Origin: a virus
Length of the DNA: 64,000 bases
Reading direction: 5' to 3' (one strand)
Virus record (IMG/VR): IMGVR_UViG_3300027810_000002
Coordinates: 111,163 to 175,162 of that record
Shown here piece after piece: positions 58,006 through 64,000 of this stretch. Under the pieces are notes generated by a model. That model had not been told where the DNA came from. It saw only the letters and a program-made list of their open reading frames with translations, and searched no databases. Position 1 is the first letter of the stretch. Every line of letters starts with the position of its first letter. Both the position numbers and the translations under genes were made by a program.

Positions 58006-58791
58006 TTACTTGAAAATTGATAAAAATCTTCTAAAAATAGATTTTCTAGTTTCTTTCCTATTTAAGCGATCTTTTTCTTTAATTACAGGAGCATTTGACT
58101 TTTCATCGATACTAGTCCAGGCTTCATAGTGAGATCCCCATTCTGAGTATGGATATATTGTATGTCCAAAGTTACCCCATTGAGTTCCCCATGAATTTCT
58201 TAAAATAAAACCAGTTTCATTATATCCAACAACACAAAGTGCATGTCCTCCTAAGATATTCTCCGACCATTTTGCTTTCCAAAAAGTATCAGTGTCATTA
58301 AATACTGGCATTGCAATATATGCAGGTCCGTTTTTATAGATTGATTTTTTTAATCCTTCGATCGTCATGATTCTAGCATACCCTAAAATTCTATGGTTTA
58401 GCGCTTCATCTAATACTTCTTGTGGAATATCTTCAACGTCTTTCCATCTTTTCTTATATGATTTTGCAGTTGGAATTCCATACTTTCTTAGAAGTTGCAT
58501 GGTATGGCGAGGTGTCATTCCTTTCTGTGGTTTATTAACTCTTAAATTATATAAGAAATATTTAGAAAGACGTTCAGTAGATCCATAGTCTTTTAATTCT
58601 TGCCAAGTTTTTATCGCAGCAGCAGCATATGAAGAACAGGGTCCGTCTGATCCTTGATCCCATGCTGTTGGTAGATCCTTTCTGTAATCTATCTCAGTTG
58701 GATATTCAAAAACAGGATGATTAATGCTTTCAATCGTAAGATCTCTAACATCAAATTCAGATGTTTCAATATTTAATAGTTCTCTGTTCAT
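58006..58791 (-). CDS. C1 (papain-family) cysteine peptidase
   Basis: DQGSDGPCSSYA, GGHALCVVGY, RNSWG. Confidence 0.9.
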   Translation of the reverse strand: MNRELLNIETSEFDVRDLTIESINHPVFEYPTEIDYRKDLPTAWDQGSDGPCSSYAAAAIKTWQELKDYGSTERLSKYFLYNLRVNKPQKGMTPRHTMQLLRKYGIPTAKSYKKRWKDVEDIPQEVLDEALNHRILGYARIMTIEGLKKSIYKNGPAYIAMPVFNDTDTFWKAKWSENILGGHALCVVGYNETGFILRNSWGTQWGNFGHTIYPYSEWGSHYEAWTSIDEKSNAPVIKEKDRLNRKETRKSIFRRFLSIFK

Positions 58792-58802
58792 ATTGATTTA
58801 TT

Positions 58803-59309
58803 TTAAAATGAAAGATATGTCTTCCATTCTTTATATATATAGTTAACTTGACTGAGTAACATTAGGTAGTGGGGTCGGGTTGGTTTATCTATTTCTGCTC
58901 CAAATTCTTCTAAGTCTAAACTACCTTTACTATTATTACATTTAAAACAAGCAGTTACTAGATTATTCCACGTATTTTTACCACCCTTACTTTGTGGAAT
59001 TACATGATCAATTGTAAGATCTTGTCGTTTATTTGCACCGCAATAAACACATGCATTCCCGTCTCGCCTGAACACATTTAGTTTACTTAGAGGGACTTTG
59101 TGATGTCCTGTTTTAATATACTTAGGAATTCTAATAATTGAAGGTTTGTTGATCTTAAGGTCCTCATCCACAAATTTAAAATATTGAGGATGCTCAGCTA
59201 ATACCTCAGCGTTTCCTTTGTATACTATGACAAAGGCCCGGATTGAAGATATAATACTTCTCGGCATGTAACTAGAATCTAAGACTAGTGTCTTTTTAAA
59301 ATCGGGCAT
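58803..59309 (-). CDS. HNH endonuclease (McrA-like)
   Basis: RDGNACVYCG, TIDHVIPQSKGG, WNNLVTACFKCNNSK. Confidence 0.9.
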   Translation of the reverse strand: MPDFKKTLVLDSSYMPRSIISSIRAFVIVYKGNAEVLAEHPQYFKFVDEDLKINKPSIIRIPKYIKTGHHKVPLSKLNVFRRDGNACVYCGANKRQDLTIDHVIPQSKGGKNTWNNLVTACFKCNNSKGSLDLEEFGAEIDKPTRPHYLMLLSQVNYIYKEWKTYLSF

Positions 59310-59340
59310 TATCTTTTATGTATGTAATTAATAATGGTTG

Positions 59341-59414
59341 TGAACCAGACAGGATTCGAACCTGTGACCGCCTCCTTAGAAGGGAGGTGCTCTATCCAGC
59401 TGAGCTACTAGTCC
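59341..59414 (-). tRNA. tRNA-Arg(UCU)
   Basis: GGACTAGTAGCTCAGCTGGATAGAGCA-CCTCC-CTTCTAA-GGAGG...GGTTCGAATCC; CCA not encoded. Confidence 0.93.
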
Positions 59415-59431
59415 AATAAAAAAATAAAATC

Positions 59432-59527
59432 GAGGGGCTTCACTCCTTTAGCGCGCTTACAGCGTCAGAGTCCCAACCAAAGCTATCCGTCGATAGTTTC
59501 CTTTGGATTTTACGTTTAACTCCCCTC
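59432..59527 (-). ncRNA. Candidate structured ncRNA between two tRNAs
   Basis: Closing GAGGGG/CCCCTC stem; CCAAAG/CTTTGG stem; CTATC-GACG-GATAG and CGCT-GTA-AGCG hairpins. Confidence 0.5.
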
Positions 59528-59529
59528 TT

Positions 59530-59604
59530 TGGTAGCCCGTAGGAGAATCGAACTCCTATTTTACGGATGAAAACCGCATGTCCTAACCGTTAGACGAACG
59601 GGCC
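59530..59604 (-). tRNA. tRNA-Glu(UUC)
   Basis: GGCCCGTTCGTCTAACGGTTAGGACA-TGCGG-TTTTCAT-CCGTA...GTTCGATTC...ACCA (CCA encoded). Confidence 0.93.
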
Positions 59605-59696
59605 AAATTTGAATTCCAGTATGTAAAGAACATTTAATTCGTTATTCTTTATTTATACTTGAATTTTAAATAAAGTTTCCAAAAACTACGCAATAT

Positions 59697-60068
59697 CTAA
59701 CATAGTTCAAATCTCTTAGCTACCCAACCATATTTTTCAATATGATCTTCATAGAAATCATCATCACCATACATATAGAATGCATCGGCTTGATCTAACC
59801 AACGTAATGCGGTTTTTTTACAACTAGCCCCAACAGACATTACATTCTTAATGGCCTTCTGCGCCCATTCTCTCTCATCAGCCTCCTGCTTTTCAGCAAC
59901 CTCAGAAAGGTCATTGATAAAATCAGTTAACTCCTGGAAGTTCCAGGTATGGAAGTTATAACCTCTCGGTCTGAAACCATTAACATCTTTAAAAAGATCT
60001 GAGACCCACATAAGAGCTTCATCGAATTGAACTTGAGTGGTAATTGAAAATGTATTTGAATTTGACAT
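59697..60068 (-). CDS. Early hypothetical phage protein
   Basis: SDLFKDVNGFRPR motif; early cassette upstream. Confidence 0.7.
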   Translation of the reverse strand: MSNSNTFSITTQVQFDEALMWVSDLFKDVNGFRPRGYNFHTWNFQELTDFINDLSEVAEKQEADEREWAQKAIKNVMSVGASCKKTALRWLDQADAFYMYGDDDFYEDHIEKYGWVAKRFELC

Positions 60069-60087
60069 AGTGTGGTGTTTGTTATTT

Positions 60088-60187
60088 AATTATAGTTAAA
60101 TATAACACTTTTTATTGATATAAAAAAACTTTTATGCATTTATTTTCACAGAAAGTCCTATTTATAATGATTCCAAATAAGGGATCT
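60088..60187 (-). promoter_or_regulatory. Early promoter cassette with Fur-like palindrome (direct repeat copy 1)
   Basis: ATTTATAATGATTCCAAAT at 60160-60178; ~94/100 identical to 63546-63645. Confidence 0.8.
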
Positions 60188-60792
60188 TACTTATTTTGTT
60201 TTGGCTTAATAATATGAAACCATGATTGATCCTCAAATAGCTTAATATCTTCTTTATCGAAAGATTCAAAAACAGCATCAATTACTCCAGGATGCCATGA
60301 CGCAAAGTCATGTCCGGCGATAATTCCACCTTCTTTAATTTTAGGTAAGAATAATTCAATATCTTTTTTTACCGAATCATATGAATGATCTCCATCTATA
60401 TAAACCAGATGTTGAGAATTATCTTCAATTGTATCTACCACATTATAAGAATAATCCTTAAGTAGTGTTATATTGTCAAAATACCTTGTATTGATTTTGA
60501 ATTCTTTTTCAACAGTTTTCCAATCATATTTAAACATTTCACTAAACTCTTCATATCCATCTAATGGGTCGATTGCTATAATGTGATTAAATCCTTGACT
60601 ACTTGCGAATATTTGAGTAGATTCTCCCATATAAGATCCTATTTCTATCATTCTAATTTCTTCTTCTGGGAATTTCTGGTGTAATATCTCTCCTGCTTCA
60701 TACACTAGTGCGAATAGTCCTGCAAGTGATTTATTTGTTGCCATATTAGGATCTTTCCAGTCTGGGTTCGGATTAAATCTTTGTGTAATCAT
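60187..60792 (-). CDS. Class I SAM-dependent methyltransferase (Methyltransf_24-like)
   Basis: IEIGSYMGES, AIDP, VYIDGDHSY, GGIIAGHD. Confidence 0.9.
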   Translation of the reverse strand: MITQRFNPNPDWKDPNMATNKSLAGLFALVYEAGEILHQKFPEEEIRMIEIGSYMGESTQIFASSQGFNHIIAIDPLDGYEEFSEMFKYDWKTVEKEFKINTRYFDNITLLKDYSYNVVDTIEDNSQHLVYIDGDHSYDSVKKDIELFLPKIKEGGIIAGHDFASWHPGVIDAVFESFDKEDIKLFEDQSWFHIIKPKQNK

Positions 60793-60804
60793 TGTTTGTT
60801 ATAT

Positions 60805-61521
60805 TTAGACTCTATTTCTATCGCACCAATTGTCTGGTGATGATGCTACGTTATTGTTACTTGATTCTATATATTCCCAAGCCAAACTAAACCTAGTACG
60901 GTCTGAGGTATTTGGATAACAACCATGTATCATATTAATATTAAAAAACACAGCATATGGCGCGTCTAATTCTAAGTCTAGTATCAAATTAGAATTTAAT
61001 TTTGTTTCATCAATCCATCGTATCCCTTCGATGTGTGATGCGATATCATGTGGTAATATTCCTATTTTATGAGATTCTGGGATTATCCGTAAACACCCAT
61101 TTTCTTTATTTGTATTTTGAAAGTATAAAGCACAGCTGACAATAGTATTAGGGTCACCATTAAAATAGAAATTATCTTGATGTATCATTGTCGATATTCC
61201 TACTTTGGGTTTCATTGGAAAGAATTTAGATATGTAAACATCTAATGGTTCTACTGTATCTATTATTTGTTTAGCCGTATTTACTAAAGTTTTATTTTTT
61301 GCTATTTTTAAAAACTCAGGTTCAAAATCACAAGCACCTTCTATTTTGTTTAGATTAGTTGGGCTATTTAATCTATAATTTCCTTCGTGTTCCGTTAAAT
61401 TAAGAGAGTATTCGTAATGTTTTTGAGATGTTTTTAATAAAGTGTCTAATTCATCCTTAGATAAAAAATCTTTTATTATTACATATCCCAAATCATTGAA
61501 TTTATTTATGTCAAAGTTCAT
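60805..61521 (-). CDS. PhyH-family Fe(II)/2OG dioxygenase
   Basis: GYVIIKDFL, HQD, ENGCLRIIPESH, HGCYPNTSDRTR. Confidence 0.9.
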   Translation of the reverse strand: MNFDINKFNDLGYVIIKDFLSKDELDTLLKTSQKHYEYSLNLTEHEGNYRLNSPTNLNKIEGACDFEPEFLKIAKNKTLVNTAKQIIDTVEPLDVYISKFFPMKPKVGISTMIHQDNFYFNGDPNTIVSCALYFQNTNKENGCLRIIPESHKIGILPHDIASHIEGIRWIDETKLNSNLILDLELDAPYAVFFNINMIHGCYPNTSDRTRFSLAWEYIESSNNNVASSPDNWCDRNRV

Positions 61522-61557
61522 ATCATGTTTCTATTTATAAATAAGTCTTCAATATAC

Positions 61558-62697
61558 TTATCTCCAGCTTTTGGAGTATGTTCTAATAACATCTTGCTGT
61601 AATTCCAAATAATATTGTAATTTAACAGGATCTTTTAATTCTTCAACTAGAGATTTAACATCTTCTGTATTCTTTACATAAAATTTAGAAAGTTCTTTAT
61701 GATTAAATATAAAATGATCTGGATCAAAGTCATTCCAAATTACAGATAACGTATTCATTATCGCATTTTCAAATATTCTATAAGTAAACATATTGTTATT
61801 ATGTGCTGGATCTCCAACAACAAATGATAATTTGCTTAACTCTACAAAATCTACTAATTTATTTCTAGGTTGAGATTCTACAGCTAGTGTATTTTTAAAG
61901 TTAGGATCGTATCCTATCCATAGCTTATTTAAATCACATTCTTTAAATAGATCTTTTAAAACCTTAGCCCTAGCTGCTCGTTTAGATCCAAAATAAACTA
62001 AATCATACTTCTTAACTAAGTTAGATTTATCAGCATCTATAAAGAGAGGTTGAACCACATTGTTAGATTGATTCGACCATTCATGTTCTATAATGTATGG
62101 TACTAAATCAAATTGATGATTGATTTTAGGCCATATGTTTTTTTCGCTGGGCTTACACATTTCCATAAATAGATCATAATTCCTACCTATAAATAAGGAT
62201 TCTATATGCTTTGAATCAAATTTCTCGATCAATGAAGAATCTAGATCAAAATCAGGACCATCTGAGCACTTGTTTCTGCCACCTTCTATTATTAATCTAA
62301 TAGGACTAGTCCAAAGAATAGCAGGATCAGTGTACATGATATACGTTAATCCATTATAGTTTTTTGTCCAATTAACAATAGATTCTACTTCTCTAGTTTG
62401 CCAAGCACCTCCAAATAGATTAAATAAGTTAGTTTGATTAATACATAAATCTACATCATTCCAATCGATCTGCGCATAACTTTTCCAGTTATAATCTCCT
62501 TTAGGTTTTCCCTTAGTATGGTATTGTAAGATTGGTTCGATTCCACACTCTTCTCTTAGATATTTAATAAGATAGAATATGTCTGTTGCTCCAGGGTTAG
62601 ATGACTTGTCTTTATCTACCTGGATAGTCCTGAAAAACCGCTGGATTACAACGGTTTTCAGATTCTTTTCCTTTATAAGTTCTTTAATTACTTTCAT
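61558..62697 (-). CDS. bgt: DNA beta-glucosyltransferase (T4 BGT-like, GT-B fold)
   Basis: Colinear with T4 BGT motifs as recalled: NLFGG (NFFGG), YTD (FTD), KKYDLVYFGSKR (KKTLDVIYGGSFR), VGD..HNNN..TYRIFE (IGD..YNDN..TLRVWE), FD..H, FYV.N, LELQQDVI. Confidence 0.8.
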   Translation of the reverse strand: MKVIKELIKEKNLKTVVIQRFFRTIQVDKDKSSNPGATDIFYLIKYLREECGIEPILQYHTKGKPKGDYNWKSYAQIDWNDVDLCINQTNLFNLFGGAWQTREVESIVNWTKNYNGLTYIMYTDPAILWTSPIRLIIEGGRNKCSDGPDFDLDSSLIEKFDSKHIESLFIGRNYDLFMEMCKPSEKNIWPKINHQFDLVPYIIEHEWSNQSNNVVQPLFIDADKSNLVKKYDLVYFGSKRAARAKVLKDLFKECDLNKLWIGYDPNFKNTLAVESQPRNKLVDFVELSKLSFVVGDPAHNNNMFTYRIFENAIMNTLSVIWNDFDPDHFIFNHKELSKFYVKNTEDVKSLVEELKDPVKLQYYLELQQDVIRTYSKSWR

Positions 62698-62733
62698 ATA
62701 TGTTATATATGCTTTTTCCGCAATGTTTATTAT

Positions 62734-63312
62734 TTATGAATAAACCGTAGTATATTGAGTTGTAGGTTTATATTCTAACTTTGTAAGTCTTCCTAGTTTT
62801 AATTCATCAGCTGCGCTAATAACTTTATCAAAAACTAGAGCGAGTATATCTGCACATTCTTTATCTGTTCTATCTTCTCTAGGAATTATCACACGAGCGT
62901 GATTATTTCTACCGTATGCTCCTGTTAAATCGTGCTTTAAAACGTCTTCTATTTGTAAGTCTAATCCTAAATGATCTAATACATTTAAAACTATAAGATT
63001 AGCGTGTTCCAATAACTGGATAGTCATATGTGGACATGTCGATTGAATTGCACATTTTATACTTTGTGAATTCCATATTCCTTCTACTCCCCAACTTTTA
63101 TAAGTAGTTGAATCTAACCCAGATGGAATGGCGTAGTTTGACGTGAATTTAATTGTAGTAGAGTATTCTGTGTTACCGCTACCGATTGTGTGGACTTTTA
63201 CCTTTGAGGTAAGATCTTTGTTTTGAATAGACATTGATTCTTTGATCATTTCTGTCTGTTCTGCAATTGTAATTTTTGTTTTTTTCATCTTGTGAATTTT
63301 AAATGCCATCAT
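62734..63312 (-). CDS. Hypothetical protein with tandem early and middle promoters
   Basis: 192 aa; promoters at ~63335-63362 and ~63390-63445. Confidence 0.65.
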   Translation of the reverse strand: MMAFKIHKMKKTKITIAEQTEMIKESMSIQNKDLTSKVKVHTIGSGNTEYSTTIKFTSNYAIPSGLDSTTYKSWGVEGIWNSQSIKCAIQSTCPHMTIQLLEHANLIVLNVLDHLGLDLQIEDVLKHDLTGAYGRNNHARVIIPREDRTDKECADILALVFDKVISAADELKLGRLTKLEYKPTTQYTTVYS

Positions 63313-63450
63313 TGTGGACTTGTTATTATTAAATATTATACCTCGATTTTTAATTAAGTTTCATAGACATGAGGTTTATTATCTATGAGTACTATACTAA
63401 TATAAGTCTTTTATTTGATATAAAAAAACTTTTATGCATTTATTTTTAAT

Positions 63451-63531
63451 TTAATTGTCGAAAGCATGAGCGATCAGTAGGATGAATAAAATGAATAGCA
63501 TTAAGATTGCGAGGTCTGTAAATAGAGCCAT
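63451..63531 (-). CDS. Single-TM microprotein MALFTDLAILMLFILFILLIAHAFDN
   Basis: Lies directly downstream of the 63546-63645 promoter cassette. Confidence 0.55.
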   Translation of the reverse strand: MALFTDLAILMLFILFILLIAHAFDN

Positions 63532-63545
63532 TGTATTTGTTTTTT

Positions 63546-63645
63546 AATTATAGTTAAATATAACACTTTATATTGATATAAAAAAACTTCTGTACATTTA
63601 TTTTCACTGGAAGTCCTATTTATAATGATTCCAAATAAGGGATCT
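63546..63645 (-). promoter_or_regulatory. Early promoter cassette with Fur-like palindrome (direct repeat copy 2)
   Basis: ATTTATAATGATTCCAAAT at 63618-63636. Confidence 0.8.
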
Positions 63646-64000
63646 AGTTATTATATTCTAAAGTTTCAGATTTACTTCTTCCATTACTATAAGATGTTGC
63701 AATATATGTTGGAAAATCATTAACATCATAAGAGATATCCATATCGATCGTTGTCCCTGTTGGGTAAAAGATAGATGTAGAGAGTACGTAAGAAACATTG
63801 GTAGTGTTGTTAGGGCTGATGTATCTATATCCGCTGAGAGGGTACCATGTCAATACATTCTTAAATGGCATATTTTTATCATCATGCTCCATTTCTACTA
63901 TACGAGTCCAATTAGAATCTGATGCTTGCTTGCTTTTCCACCCTATCATATTGTAATCTGAATCATGTGTTTTTTCACCGATAAGTATATTATTAGAATC
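63644..64000 (-). CDS. C-terminus of a protein entering from beyond the window (DUF4595-like beta strands)
   Basis: ISYDVNDFPT...ETLEY-type ending; frame appears open to the window edge. Confidence 0.5.
   Translation of the reverse strand, partial: DSNNILIGEKTHDSDYNMIGWKSKQASDSNWTRIVEMEHDDKNMPFKNVLTWYPLSGYRYISPNNTTNVSYVLSTSIFYPTGTTIDMDISYDVNDFPTYIATSYSNGRSKSETLEYNN

Noticed and set aside
58803-59309. Intron-encoded homing endonuclease
   Set aside because: Free-standing McrA-like HNH with no interrupted flanking gene
59432-59527. Hammerhead ribozyme, SRP RNA or tRNA call for the inter-tRNA element
   Set aside because: Has GAAAC and CTGACG but lacks CUGANGA and a properly placed NUH; no SRP domain IV motif or T-loop
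1-64000. Stop-codon reassignment
   Set aside because: Standard-code ORFs tile densely, and TAG and TGA both end well-defined genes
1-64000. Bacterial chromosome or integrated prophage
   Set aside because: Host-like genes are isolated among phage-type genes, fibres and repeated phage promoters; no integrase or att site seen

Overview
This is an AT-rich, densely coding segment of a large (jumbo-scale) tailed dsDNA phage using the standard genetic code. The host is almost certainly Bacteroidota/Flavobacteriia, based on a T9SS-tailed protein, Bacteroidota-type -7 promoter elements, an Hc1 protein and TIGR03643. Genes run on the - strand except a + strand early/host-takeover block (~10.4-21.3 kb) that sits next to two GC-rich, palindrome-rich non-coding islands. 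The window encodes three giant fibre proteins, ClpP plus an N-domain-less ClpC-like ATPase, GlnRS, ThyA, an ATP-dependent DNA ligase, nucleases, sugar-nucleotide enzymes, glycosyltransferases and two tRNAs. Best candidates for new biology: (1) a T4-type cytosine-modification pathway, with a gp42-like dCMP hydroxymethylase and a beta-glucosyltransferase; the bgt gene appears co-transcribed with an Fe/2OG dioxygenase and a SAM methyltransferase inside ~100-bp direct repeats. (2) Repeated early-promoter cassettes carrying interchangeable upstream modules that resemble host Fur-family boxes (7 copies) or DnaA boxes (3 copies), plus a second promoter class (AAAC-N17-TATAAT, ~17 copies). (3) A phage-encoded T9SS cargo protein. 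(4) A probable -1 frameshift and a structured RNA between two tRNAs. All family assignments come from motif recognition by eye; no searches were run.
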